This document shows positions 1-9,915 of a DNA stretch of 56,949 bases, in pieces. The translations under genes were made by a program, and so were the position numbers. Below the pieces are notes generated by a model. That model ran no database searches. It had not been told where the DNA came from and was given only the letters and a program-made list of their open reading frames with translations. Numbering within the stretch: the first letter of the stretch is position 1; each line of letters begins with the position of its first letter. The stretch covers positions 1-56,949 of the IMG/VR virus record IMGVR_UViG_3300037440_000905; one strand, 5' to 3'. The DNA comes from a virus. Its lineage: Duplodnaviria > Caudoviricetes.

Positions 1-127
1 TCCGAGGGCTTCAGCAGACTGTTCACATCAAAGAGGTTGAATTTGTCGAGGTCAGAAGCAAAACAGAGCAGAACGCCAAGGACATTCAATACATTCAAGC
101 TACGCAAAGATCTTTGGCCGATGGGCT
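1..127 (+). repeat. Terminal direct repeat, copy 1 (assembly circularisation overlap)
   Basis: tccgagggct...cgatgggct is identical to 56823-56949, and an ORF reads through the junction. Confidence 0.95.
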
Positions 128-199
128 CAATCAAATGGCAATCACGATAGCTCGGGTAGTTTCGTTGGAAGAACGCAGGTATCAAAACCAAACAGGAAA

Positions 200-649
200 A
201 TGAATAAATCGAAATTCTCAATCATATTGGCCGCGGCTTTATGCCTCGGAGGAACAGGCTGCCAACTCTTGAGCGGAAACGGGCAAGATTCCGCGAGCTT
301 ACAAAGCGACGCCAGGCTCATCACCTATCTTGGAAGCGCCTTGTACTTGCAGAAAAATCCCGAGTATCGCGTTGCGTTTGAAACCACCAGGACGGCTTTG
401 GAAGTGGTGGCGAATGATGAAAACGCTTCTCCGGCAAGTCTGGCGGCCGCTCTGTCGAACCTTCCCATCAGTGAAGTGCGATCCGGGAACGGAGCCATTC
501 TATTCCATGGAGGATTGCTTTTGATCGAGCGGTTTGCCGGGGGCGGTCAAAACCAGATCGATCCAGAACAGATACAATCGGTTGCTTCAGGGATGAGGGA
601 TGGGTTTAACATGGCCCTCATTCAATCCCAACCAGCGCCGGGCAGTTAA
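200..649 (+). CDS. Lipoprotein, candidate outer-membrane spanin
   Basis: Signal peptide MNKSKFSIILAAALCLGGTG|C with lipobox Cys21; follows the holin and a TM/coiled-coil gene with ATGA overlaps. Confidence 0.6.
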   Translation: MNKSKFSIILAAALCLGGTGCQLLSGNGQDSASLQSDARLITYLGSALYLQKNPEYRVAFETTRTALEVVANDENASPASLAAALSNLPISEVRSGNGAILFHGGLLLIERFAGGGQNQIDPEQIQSVASGMRDGFNMALIQSQPAPGS

Positions 650-2499
650 GCCGATAACTGTCCCAGTTTCCAAAATCTATCGGCTTTGGATTGCGCGTCT
701 CGTTTCCAGGTCCGGTCTTCGGGTTTCATGATGAAATGGGACAGTTTGCTCAGCACGAACCCACGCCGCCGCGCGCCCCACACGCCGGCGGCCAGCGCGT
801 CGAACAAGTCGGGCGAAAATCCGCACTTCTTCTTCATGTCCGTTTTGCTTTCAACTTCTGTCTTGTTTCCTGAGACCATCTTGAATTCGCGCGAGCACCC
901 TTCATGGGCCACGTCCATTGTCATGCCCCGGAACTGGTCGCCCTCGATGATCAGTCGGACCAGGTACCAAAGCTCGGTGACACGCTTGGAGAAGTAATCG
1001 TGGCATGGGATTCGTATCTCGGAGGAAACGGGCAGGTCCGATGGTTTGCCGCCAAAATCTATGCTCTCTACATCCGCGCTCCACGTCCGTGAGAAAGCTG
1101 TGACTAAACTGGTTCTCATGCCCGCGTCAAAAAAGAAGTTGGACGGTGGAATGCCGCGGCGCCGGCATTGGTCCATGCAGAATAGGGTGATCTGATCTTC
1201 AGCCTGGTCGCTATCCTTTTCCGCCGAGATGGGAATGATCATTGTATCAACCAAATTTAGCAGCATGCGCCCCGGTGGTTGGAATAATTCCTGGCTTATC
1301 AGGTTGGTGATGGGATCCGTAGCGTAACCCTCGGCTTCCAGTCCGAACTGCAACTCGCCGAACACGCATCGATCTCCTCCAACTCCTCGATATGCCGCGT
1401 CCAGAAAAGCGATGCTGGTTTGGTTGGAATCGCGCCACACGGCCCTGTTGAAGGCGTGAAATTTCCTGCACATCTCCATGGTGATGATACGCCGGCTCCC
1501 CTGTCCCCGGGGAAATCGCCCCTCATTGAACATGAGATAATGCCAGTCATCGGTCATCCAGATCTTTGCATCGTCGGCCATCTGTTGGCGCGTGATCAGG
1601 AAGTCGTAAGGGGGTGGTTGACCCTCAGGAACATCCATGTTTGGCGAGTCGCTGCCTGGATATTGAATGGCAATTCCGTTGGGCATCCGTGTTTTCCAAG
1701 TCTTGGTTCCGGGTCTTTGGTCAATGTTACTTTCCCATCCGCCCAGTTCGTCGGCAGGTTGGCAGATGAAGCCGTGGGCGTTGTTAATGTCGTTGGGATT
1801 GCCCAGTCCGCGCAATTTGAAATCCGGACATTTGGCCAGGTTCGATACCGAGTCGATGAAAGAACGCGGCATGAGGTTGAGTTCGTCGCCTAAGAGTCGC
1901 ACGCGCTTGTTGTGAATTCCCACGAGCGACCCCAATCCAACCCAGGCATTTCCCTTCTTCACTGGGACCGCCATAAGTCCGTTTTTGAAATCCCGACCTT
2001 CGGAGAATTCCTCTCGGCGGCTGTTGATGATCCGCCGTTTGCCTTCGATCAAGTGGCCGGGCAACCATGAAAAAAGTTCTTTGGCTTCCCGATGGTATCG
2101 TTTGATCATGCCCCACGCGCGAATTTCCAAACTGTCCAGATCAGTTGAACTTATCAGAACTGTGGTGCATTCAGGGAAGCAGTACCAGTCCATGAGCATG
2201 TCGGAGGCGGCGGCATCCGATTTTCCAGCGGCCGCGCATCCAAGTTCTCCTATGTATTGGTGTTGCAGGAACATCTCCAAGGCCAGCTTGTTCCACTTGT
2301 GCCATGCCTTGGATGGGAAGGCTATCTTCTGCGCTTCCTGGTAATGGAAGAAGAGACCGTTGCCGATTTCTTCGCCTTTGTCGTTCTTCCATTGGCCGCC
2401 GCGCCGGATGCATTCGATCTCGATGGCGAGCGGATGCATGGTTGAGAGCCACCAACCGCCGTATTTTTGGAAGCGTCGGGGAGTTTTTTTTACCGCCAT
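646..2499 (-). CDS. terL: Terminase large subunit
   Basis: Walker A GCAAAGKS, Walker B LLGDE, coupling motif GNP, RNase H-like nuclease acidic residues (FLDAA...GGDRCV, SPDLFDA); 617 aa. Confidence 0.9.
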   Translation of the reverse strand: MAVKKTPRRFQKYGGWWLSTMHPLAIEIECIRRGGQWKNDKGEEIGNGLFFHYQEAQKIAFPSKAWHKWNKLALEMFLQHQYIGELGCAAAGKSDAAASDMLMDWYCFPECTTVLISSTDLDSLEIRAWGMIKRYHREAKELFSWLPGHLIEGKRRIINSRREEFSEGRDFKNGLMAVPVKKGNAWVGLGSLVGIHNKRVRLLGDELNLMPRSFIDSVSNLAKCPDFKLRGLGNPNDINNAHGFICQPADELGGWESNIDQRPGTKTWKTRMPNGIAIQYPGSDSPNMDVPEGQPPPYDFLITRQQMADDAKIWMTDDWHYLMFNEGRFPRGQGSRRIITMEMCRKFHAFNRAVWRDSNQTSIAFLDAAYRGVGGDRCVFGELQFGLEAEGYATDPITNLISQELFQPPGRMLLNLVDTMIIPISAEKDSDQAEDQITLFCMDQCRRRGIPPSNFFFDAGMRTSLVTAFSRTWSADVESIDFGGKPSDLPVSSEIRIPCHDYFSKRVTELWYLVRLIIEGDQFRGMTMDVAHEGCSREFKMVSGNKTEVESKTDMKKKCGFSPDLFDALAAGVWGARRRGFVLSKLSHFIMKPEDRTWKRDAQSKADRFWKLGQLSA

Positions 2500-2551
2500 G
2501 AGGTCATCTTAAGGTTTGCTTGTGGCTCAAAGTAAAGCAATTATCATAACA

Positions 2552-4378
2552 ATGGCCAATGGTTCCAGTGATTTAACGATTGTTGATGGAAGCCTAGACT
2601 TTAGCATGGGCGTCGATTCGATCCGCACGACGACCCTTCAATCGGAGTCCAACCCAGGCGGACTTCCACGCAACCAACTGGCCTGGCTCTACAACGCCAC
2701 GGTCAGGGACGGTGGTATCAGGCCGCGCGGGGGATGGCAACTCTTGGCAGCGGTGGACGATACTTCGGCTCTCTTTCAAGGAGGCTACATGTACGAGCCC
2801 ACCAACGGAAGCCCCTATCTCATCACGAGTATCGGCGGCAATATCTTCAAAGTCGATTGCGTTGCTCCATTCGCTGTCACGAATCTCTCAAGCGCGTTTG
2901 GACTGTTTAACCCTCCGGATGTCGACCAGGCGTTCTTCGTCCAAGCCGAACAGTTTCTGGTGATCCAAGCCGGCGACCTGGTTACGTTGCCACTCTTCTG
3001 GGATGGAACGACACTGCGGCGAAGCATTGGCATCACCAATACGGCCGTCGCCCCGGGAACCCCTGGGGTTAATGAAATCCCCGCCGCGACGGCCATGGAT
3101 TATTACATGGGTCGGCTTTGGTATGCCCAAGGCAGAAACTATTCCGCGGGCGACATCGTTAGAGGAGGATCTGGAACGGCGCCCTACAATTTCAAGGACG
3201 CGGTTTTGAACGTCACCGAAAACCCATTGTGTGCGGGTGGTGACGGGTTTACCGTGCCGGACAATTCCGGGAACATTCGCGCTCTAAAGCATGGAGCCAA
3301 CCTGGACACGGCTTTGGGTCAGGGGCGGCTTTTCATTTTCACTCGCAAAGCCATTTACGCCCTGTCGGTGCCTGTGACTCGAACAGATTGGATCGCCGCG
3401 GATACAGACAATCAGCCTTTGCAAACCGTGGTGCAGTTGGTCAATGGCGCCGTGAACGACCGTTCCATCACTCCGGCCAATGGAGACCTTTTCTATCAAT
3501 CACTCGAACCTGGCATCCGATCCCTGATTTCTGCCATTCGATACTTCAACTCCTGGGGCAACAAGGAAACCAGCGCCAACGAAAACCGCGTGCTGCAGTT
3601 TGTCGACCGCAGTTTGATGCGCTTTGGCAGTGGAGTTGTCTTTGATAATCGTCTTTTGCAGGCGACCCTCCCCAAGATGAGCCCGCGCGGTGCGGTCAAT
3701 CAGGCGATTCTGCCCATGGATTTTCTGCCGATCAGTTCCTTTGGATCTGAGGCGAGTCCCAATTGGGAAGGCATGTATGAAGGATTGGACTTTTTGCAGC
3801 TTTTCGTCGGAGACTTCGGCGGGTTGGAACGGTGGTTCGGATTGGTGGTTTCACGGATCGACTCCTCGATTCAACTTTGGGAATTGACCAAGCATCTTCG
3901 GAGCGATTTCAACGGGGTGGTGAGCGAAGCCAACCCGGAGGGGGAATCGCGCATCACCTGGCTGATCGAGACCCCAAGTTTCACGTGGAACAAAGAGTTC
4001 AACCTGAAAAAGCTGACCGGTGGAGAATTGTGGATCGACAAACTTTATGGGGAAGTTCTCTTCAAGATGGAATGGCGTCCGGACGGCGATCCTTGCTGGT
4101 ATTTCTGGCATGAATGGAAGGAATGCTCGGCGCGCAATTGCGACGAGGATACCCAGGCTATCTGTAGTTATCCACCTGCCGAATTCGGACCTTCCTACCG
4201 TTCCATGATGAACCTGCCCAAGCCGCCCATGCATTGCGCAAGCGTCGGAAAACGTCCGGCCAATATTGGGTATCAATTCCAGACGCGTCTCACGGTCAAA
4301 GGGTACTGCAGAATTCGAGGGATTATTTTGAAAGCTCAGATGCTTTTGCGATCGGAAGGTGCAGATCCAGTATGTTGA
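2552..4378 (+). CDS. Tail tube/head-stabilisation protein (P22 gp10 / T7 gp12-like)
   Basis: About 610 aa, beta-rich, N-terminal N..VRDGGIRPRGG motif typical of podovirus tail tube B/stabilisation proteins; first gene of the tail operon. ATG at 2552 preferred over TTG at 2516. Confidence 0.6.
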   Translation: MANGSSDLTIVDGSLDFSMGVDSIRTTTLQSESNPGGLPRNQLAWLYNATVRDGGIRPRGGWQLLAAVDDTSALFQGGYMYEPTNGSPYLITSIGGNIFKVDCVAPFAVTNLSSAFGLFNPPDVDQAFFVQAEQFLVIQAGDLVTLPLFWDGTTLRRSIGITNTAVAPGTPGVNEIPAATAMDYYMGRLWYAQGRNYSAGDIVRGGSGTAPYNFKDAVLNVTENPLCAGGDGFTVPDNSGNIRALKHGANLDTALGQGRLFIFTRKAIYALSVPVTRTDWIAADTDNQPLQTVVQLVNGAVNDRSITPANGDLFYQSLEPGIRSLISAIRYFNSWGNKETSANENRVLQFVDRSLMRFGSGVVFDNRLLQATLPKMSPRGAVNQAILPMDFLPISSFGSEASPNWEGMYEGLDFLQLFVGDFGGLERWFGLVVSRIDSSIQLWELTKHLRSDFNGVVSEANPEGESRITWLIETPSFTWNKEFNLKKLTGGELWIDKLYGEVLFKMEWRPDGDPCWYFWHEWKECSARNCDEDTQAICSYPPAEFGPSYRSMMNLPKPPMHCASVGKRPANIGYQFQTRLTVKGYCRIRGIILKAQMLLRSEGADPVC

Positions 4379-4384
4379 AAGCCT

Positions 4385-6268
4385 ATGCCATTCCCATGCG
4401 ATCAAAAAGTTCTATGTCCGGATGACGAGGCACTGGCCAATCTGACCAGCGAAGGTCTTGACGGACCGACATTCGTGCGTGTCATCAACGGAGTCATCAC
4501 CCCGCGGATCGGGCTCAACTGGGACCAGACAGGTTGCTTGGGGGTATGCGTTTCTCTGATTTCCCAGGAGGATGCAGATTTGTGCGCCCAACGTCAGCTT
4601 GCGTTTTGCAACGGAACGGAGATTTTCTTCAACACCCCGCAAAGCTGCACGGTCAATTGTCCTGATGGCGTTCCCTTCACTTACACGGTTGAGGTCGCAA
4701 CCTTCTCGGCATCCACCCAGGAGGAAGCCGACGCGGTGGCTCGAAGCTACGCCTGTCAGCAGGCCAACCTGCATCGGATCTGTTTGTCTCCTGCCCAGTG
4801 CCAGGTTTGCGTGGGTGAACCAAGCACGATTGGTTTTTTTGGTTCTGGAGACATCGGCGACCCAAGCTTGATTCTTTGGCAGATCGTGGCCGGCCAGATA
4901 CCAACGGGCATGTCCTTCGGGGTGGATTCCGGTGGAGTGCCTCGTTTATCGGGCACACCGACCGAAGCAAACCAGTTCAGTTTCACGCTACGGATCACCA
5001 ACGCTCAAGGCAACTTCATGCAGAAGTCCTATACGGTTTATGCCGTGGAGATTGTCGACGGAACGTTGCCAGAGTTCGAAACGGGGGTGGCTTACTCCCA
5101 TCAACTTACCGCCGCCGGCGGCAGCGGAGATTATCTGTGGAGAGTTTCCGAGGGTTCGTTGCCCGAAGGACTGACTTTGTCCAACGAAGGGTTGATCTCT
5201 GGAACTCCCACTTCCTCGGGTAGCTCGACATTCACCGTGGAGGTTGCCGATCTGGCGTGTGAAACGGCGGACAAGAGCTTCTACCCGCCGGCGGTGAGTA
5301 TGACCACGGTTTCCGCGACCAAGATCGCGACCGTCTTGGGTTTCTCGGAATACCAAGGTTTCTCGTCCACCCCGCCCAAGAAGTACCGGACCCTGACCTT
5401 CTCGGGTTACAGCCAGAACGGCTATCGCACATTCGGATCCTCCGGAACGCTCTACCTTGGGGCCGGGCGATATGAATGGAGCGGGTTTAGCCAATACGAT
5501 TTGGGCGGTGCGTTGACGAGTCAGTATGCCAAAATCCTGAAAACCGCGTGTCAAACCAGCCCGAACGGTCCCGGCGTCAATCTCTCCGGTGTGAGCCCTC
5601 AATTACGGGGCTACTGCGGGCCATGGTTTGGTGTTCAAAACGGCGAACTCTTTACCAAAGCATGTGATAGTTGCCCAAACCCGGACGTTTACACCGACGG
5701 CATTGGATGGAAGACCTGGCCCGGGTTCTCGACCAATTCTCCCTACGACGGCAGCGATCTGTTCGGGGCTTTCAGCGGCACGTCGGCGTTGGTTCCTTTG
5801 AGCGCGACCCAGGCTGGGGTCCATACCGCGGGCGTCGCGAGCTTTGCCTTCCAAGTGTCACCCATTGCGCTCATCGGATTCCCATCTGGAAGCGCGTTGG
5901 GATCCTCGTTGATCATCGATTACGATCATCAATTCGACGCGGTTCTATCGGACGAATACACCGACGCCCAGGCCCTGGCTCAAGCCGTGGTGATTACTGG
6001 GACTGGTCGGGTGGCGGAGACTCGGCCGCGCACGACGGGTTTCGTGTCCCGCTGGACAACCGTGGCTTTTGAGTTGAACTTCACCCAACTCCTTGTTGGA
6101 GAGAATTATGTTGCTTCAGTGAGGTTCCTAAATGATAACGGAGTAGAGACAGTTCAAACCTATGCGTTCACCGCCGATGACATTGTACACACGATCAATG
6201 GAACGGTGCCCACCCCGCCCAATGGAACATTTTTGGAAATCCGCAACCCGACGGTTGCTTACGCTTAA
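4385..6268 (+). CDS. Cys-rich virion protein with two putative Ig (He_PIG-like) domains
   Basis: Repeated GxLPxGLxLxxxGxISGTPT motifs (GQIPTGMSF...LSGTPT; GSLPEGLTLSNEGLISGTPT); N-terminal Cys repeats SQEDAD/TQEEAD. Confidence 0.7.
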   Translation: MPFPCDQKVLCPDDEALANLTSEGLDGPTFVRVINGVITPRIGLNWDQTGCLGVCVSLISQEDADLCAQRQLAFCNGTEIFFNTPQSCTVNCPDGVPFTYTVEVATFSASTQEEADAVARSYACQQANLHRICLSPAQCQVCVGEPSTIGFFGSGDIGDPSLILWQIVAGQIPTGMSFGVDSGGVPRLSGTPTEANQFSFTLRITNAQGNFMQKSYTVYAVEIVDGTLPEFETGVAYSHQLTAAGGSGDYLWRVSEGSLPEGLTLSNEGLISGTPTSSGSSTFTVEVADLACETADKSFYPPAVSMTTVSATKIATVLGFSEYQGFSSTPPKKYRTLTFSGYSQNGYRTFGSSGTLYLGAGRYEWSGFSQYDLGGALTSQYAKILKTACQTSPNGPGVNLSGVSPQLRGYCGPWFGVQNGELFTKACDSCPNPDVYTDGIGWKTWPGFSTNSPYDGSDLFGAFSGTSALVPLSATQAGVHTAGVASFAFQVSPIALIGFPSGSALGSSLIIDYDHQFDAVLSDEYTDAQALAQAVVITGTGRVAETRPRTTGFVSRWTTVAFELNFTQLLVGENYVASVRFLNDNGVETVQTYAFTADDIVHTINGTVPTPPNGTFLEIRNPTVAYA

Positions 6269-6273
6269 AGATT

Positions 6274-7308
6274 ATGGCGTGCGCCAAAGAGTTGACCCTG
6301 AACCCCGGAACAGCCGATATGCCACTTGATAGCGCAACGTATCTGGCCAGCGCGGACGCTATCTTCGGCGTGCGCGGTCCCTGGGTGTTCAAGTTCAACG
6401 CCACGACGGGCGCGCTTATCGACTCGGCAATCTTCGCCCCGACCGCGATCGGTCTTTCCACGATCGTGGCGGCCAACGGAGTTTTGATCGCGGGGGTTTC
6501 ACTCTCCTCGATGCCATTTCCGGATGATGCCACGGCCAGTCCTACGGGAGATCCGTTTCAGGAACGGGATTTGTTCATCATCAACCCGACGACCCTGGCC
6601 AAGACGCCTTTGCAGTTCTGGCAGTACTTCAATGGGACGGCGCTCACGGTCATCCGAAATGAATGCGGCCATCGGAACCTGGTCACGGACGGCACGCTCG
6701 TTTACGGAACTTGGTGCCACGATTACCTGTACAGTTTCGATCCCACCAATGTGGCGGCGACGGTTCAGTTTGGCAGAATCGTCACCACGTCTTCAGACAC
6801 CAACTGGGGAGATAATTCCGTGGACACGGACAACAGTCGACCGATCTCCGCGCGCGGAGAGATCACCACCACCCTGGGTGAAATCCGTAGTTTCTCGTGG
6901 TTGGCCGGTTGGAACCAGGAATGGGAGGTCGACAATCCGGAGATCCCAACCAACACCTATCCGGTGGCGGTTTGTTACTGCCCATTGAACGGGGCTTGGT
7001 ATGCGCCCATCCTCAGTTACGCGGTCCAGGAAACGTTGGATTTGATCAAGGTGACGGGCGATCACGTTCTTTCGACGATCAACGTGAACACGATTGGGTC
7101 CAACGCCCGCCATATCCGATACGATCCCGTGACCCAACGAATCTACATTCCGGACGGGCCGGCCAATTCCGTGACCGTGTTCAATCCCGCGACCGACACG
7201 GTGGATGAGGTGAAGACAGGTTTTTCGATGCCATGGGATGTGGTGTTCACGCCCACGAAACGTTTTGCCGTTCAGAACGCGGCCAAAGGACTTTTGGAGA
7301 TCACATGA
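6274..7308 (+). CDS. Beta-propeller (YVTN-like) virion protein
   Basis: YDPVTQRIYIPDGPANSVTVFNPATDTV-type repeats. Confidence 0.6.
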   Translation: MACAKELTLNPGTADMPLDSATYLASADAIFGVRGPWVFKFNATTGALIDSAIFAPTAIGLSTIVAANGVLIAGVSLSSMPFPDDATASPTGDPFQERDLFIINPTTLAKTPLQFWQYFNGTALTVIRNECGHRNLVTDGTLVYGTWCHDYLYSFDPTNVAATVQFGRIVTTSSDTNWGDNSVDTDNSRPISARGEITTTLGEIRSFSWLAGWNQEWEVDNPEIPTNTYPVAVCYCPLNGAWYAPILSYAVQETLDLIKVTGDHVLSTINVNTIGSNARHIRYDPVTQRIYIPDGPANSVTVFNPATDTVDEVKTGFSMPWDVVFTPTKRFAVQNAAKGLLEIT

Positions 7309-8345
7309 AACGCCTTCGACTTTACGACATTCGAACCGGGCGCCTGCCCGAGCTTCTTCAGATGTGCCAGAACGACGTGGGGCGCCTGGCAGAGTTCGTC
7401 AACGCCGCCCAGCAACGGCTCCTCTACGCGAAGGAAGCGGGTGAAACTGGCTGGTGGGGGACGTGGGCTGAGATGGCGTTCAACATCCCCAAGGCATCGC
7501 CCTACCTTACGACGCCCCGCAGCGTTGCCCGACTTGAAACCCTGGTCATGTGCGACCAGCCCGTTGTGCTCAACAACCAGTTCTACGAGTACTTGCGCTT
7601 TGGGAACGGCCGGATGCCCAAGGAATGCCAGCAAGAATGTCCGCGGGAACGGCAGGTGTTCACTCGCAATAACGCAGTGACGTTCACGGACCTGTCCAAT
7701 GCTCCTCAACTGATTCGCGTTTATCTGACCGATCCCCAGGACGTTGGCAAGCGGGTGTTGATTCAGGGCACTGACGAAAACGCGGTCACGATCCATACCC
7801 AGGACAACGCCAACCGGGTGCAGGGTGTGTTCCTGACTTTGAATTCGCCTTTTGTGACGACGCCATTATCGCTCCAAACCCTGACGGGGATCCAGAAGGA
7901 CATCACGGCAGGGGAGATCAACATTTACCAGGCCGACCCGTTGACGGGCGAGGAAGTTCTGCTCTTGACGATGGAGCCTGGTGAAGAGACTGCTTACTAC
8001 CGGCGGTATTACTTCGATAACATGCCATCCCGGTGCTGCGCCACGGTGAGCGAGGATACGATTCAGGTGCGGGCCATCGTGAAGTTGGAACTGATCCCGG
8101 TGGTTACGGACACCGATTACTGCTTGATCCAGAACAAGGAAGCCTTGATCGAGGAGGCCATGAGTGTGCATTACTCGCAGGTGGATTCGTCCAGCGCCAA
8201 GATGATGGCCCAGGAGAAGCATATGCAGGCCATCCGCCTTTTGAATGGGGAGTTGAACCATTACATCGGCCAGGAATCGGTGGCCATCAACTTCGCTCCA
8301 TTCGGAACAGCCCACCTTTCAAGACTCAACATTGGAATGAAATAA
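7305..8345 (+). CDS. Putative head-tail adaptor / tail tube A-like structural protein
   Basis: Position in the tail operon; N-terminal 'FVNAAQQRLL' helix typical of adaptors; ATGA overlap with the upstream stop. Confidence 0.5.
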   Translation: MKRLRLYDIRTGRLPELLQMCQNDVGRLAEFVNAAQQRLLYAKEAGETGWWGTWAEMAFNIPKASPYLTTPRSVARLETLVMCDQPVVLNNQFYEYLRFGNGRMPKECQQECPRERQVFTRNNAVTFTDLSNAPQLIRVYLTDPQDVGKRVLIQGTDENAVTIHTQDNANRVQGVFLTLNSPFVTTPLSLQTLTGIQKDITAGEINIYQADPLTGEEVLLLTMEPGEETAYYRRYYFDNMPSRCCATVSEDTIQVRAIVKLELIPVVTDTDYCLIQNKEALIEEAMSVHYSQVDSSSAKMMAQEKHMQAIRLLNGELNHYIGQESVAINFAPFGTAHLSRLNIGMK

Positions 8346-8349
8346 CGTC

Positions 8350-9021
8350 ATGCCACTACAAAATGATTTTTTTGGACGACGCCAATTGCCCAGCCCGTTC
8401 GGATCGGGTTATGCCTCTCAACCCGTTGGCAACACGAGATTGTGGGACAAGTTCCTTTCCCAGACGGCCAGCGCCACGCCCAACCCGGCGCCGGCGCGGC
8501 CCTACTACCTTGATGCTCCGCCAGAGGAGATCGCCGCCAAAACCAACCAGTTCATGACCGGCCAAGCCGTGGCTCCCTACCAAGCCAACCTGCCCAATTA
8601 CGACGCGATGGTCGGCCAGCGTAGCAACGTCATCGGATCGCAGTTGGCCGGCCAGGTGCCCGATGACGTGTTATCACAGATTTTGCAGAGTGCCGCCGAA
8701 CGCGGGATCATGACTGGATCCCCCGGGTCCCCAAACTCCGGGGCGGCATGGTTACGGCTTTTGGGTCAGACATCGATGGGATTGCAGCAACAGGGCATGC
8801 AGAATTTGGGCGCAGCGATTGAATCGACGCCGGTGCCTGAACTGTTGAACCCGGCGAGCATTTCCGTTCCGGAACGATTCGCTCAGCAGGAGTATGACCT
8901 TTACAAGAAGTCGTTGTCTCCGATCAGTTACAAGACCGGGCCGAACACGACCACGACGCAGTTGCCAACGCCTTTCATTCGTGGCACGACCCCGACCATG
9001 AACCTCTTTCAACCAAGGTAA
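8350..9021 (+). CDS. Putative ejection (internal virion) protein
   Basis: Gln/Gly/Ala-rich, located before the giant internal protein. Confidence 0.45.
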   Translation: MPLQNDFFGRRQLPSPFGSGYASQPVGNTRLWDKFLSQTASATPNPAPARPYYLDAPPEEIAAKTNQFMTGQAVAPYQANLPNYDAMVGQRSNVIGSQLAGQVPDDVLSQILQSAAERGIMTGSPGSPNSGAAWLRLLGQTSMGLQQQGMQNLGAAIESTPVPELLNPASISVPERFAQQEYDLYKKSLSPISYKTGPNTTTTQLPTPFIRGTTPTMNLFQPR

Positions 9022-9024
9022 GCC

Positions 9025-9900
9025 ATGCCTGTAATGCCAAGTTTTTCAGCCTTTGCCCGCGGTCCCAATCTGGTGGGTGCGGCCTCGACGGCGAAATCTC
9101 AAGTGTTGGATGCTCAGAAGGTTGCGATCAACGCGAGCTTGCAACGCCAACAACTGGCCCAGCAGGCCCAACAGGCGTTCCTGAAACATCAGGTCGATTT
9201 GATGCAGTTGGACGCGAGCCGAAAAGCCGTGGAGAGCCAAGCCCAGGTGGCCAAGCAGAACGTGGAATTGAAGAAGGCATACGACTCCCAGCGGTTGGCT
9301 TTGATGGACCGGCAACTGGCCATGGAAGAACAAAGCGCGGCGTCAACCATGGAACGGGCCTTGACGAAGGAAAAACTGGAACGCGAGTATGGCGATTTGG
9401 TGAAAACCAAGATGAGCGCCGGCATGGACGTGAATAGCGCGGCGCGTGAGGCGGGAATGCAGACGGGTTGGCGAGGGTGGCAGGGATTGCCGGCGGCGGC
9501 CATTCCTGTAGATCCAAAAGCTGTCAAACCACAGGAGGAACCATTCTGGAAAAAGTTCGTAAATCCAGACGGTAGTCCTGAAATTCCTGAAATTCCGGTT
9601 CCTGGTTATGGCAGGGCATTCCCGACGAGCAAGGGTTCTGTGCGACTGGTTCCGGATGCCAAGGTGCCAATGCGCACCGGAGGTCCGGATGTCGCGCCCG
9701 TTTTCAAAGAAGTGCCGTTGGATCAAGTCGAGATTTGGTTCAAGTCATTACCCAAGGACATGCAGAACCATCCCATGAATCAAGCAGCGTTGGCCGAAGC
9801 CAGAAAGAAGTTGCAGGGAGGCAAGCCACAATCTCAACCTCCAAAACGGGACATGGAGCCCACTCCATCAGGCAAGCGTTACAAGGTGATCGAGAAGTAA
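9025..9900 (+). CDS. Putative ejection (internal virion) protein, coiled-coil
   Basis: Gln/Ala-rich coiled-coil N-terminal half; position in the operon. Confidence 0.45.
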   Translation: MPVMPSFSAFARGPNLVGAASTAKSQVLDAQKVAINASLQRQQLAQQAQQAFLKHQVDLMQLDASRKAVESQAQVAKQNVELKKAYDSQRLALMDRQLAMEEQSAASTMERALTKEKLEREYGDLVKTKMSAGMDVNSAAREAGMQTGWRGWQGLPAAAIPVDPKAVKPQEEPFWKKFVNPDGSPEIPEIPVPGYGRAFPTSKGSVRLVPDAKVPMRTGGPDVAPVFKEVPLDQVEIWFKSLPKDMQNHPMNQAALAEARKKLQGGKPQSQPPKRDMEPTPSGKRYKVIEK

Positions 9901-9915
9901 CCTTGATGAATCTCA

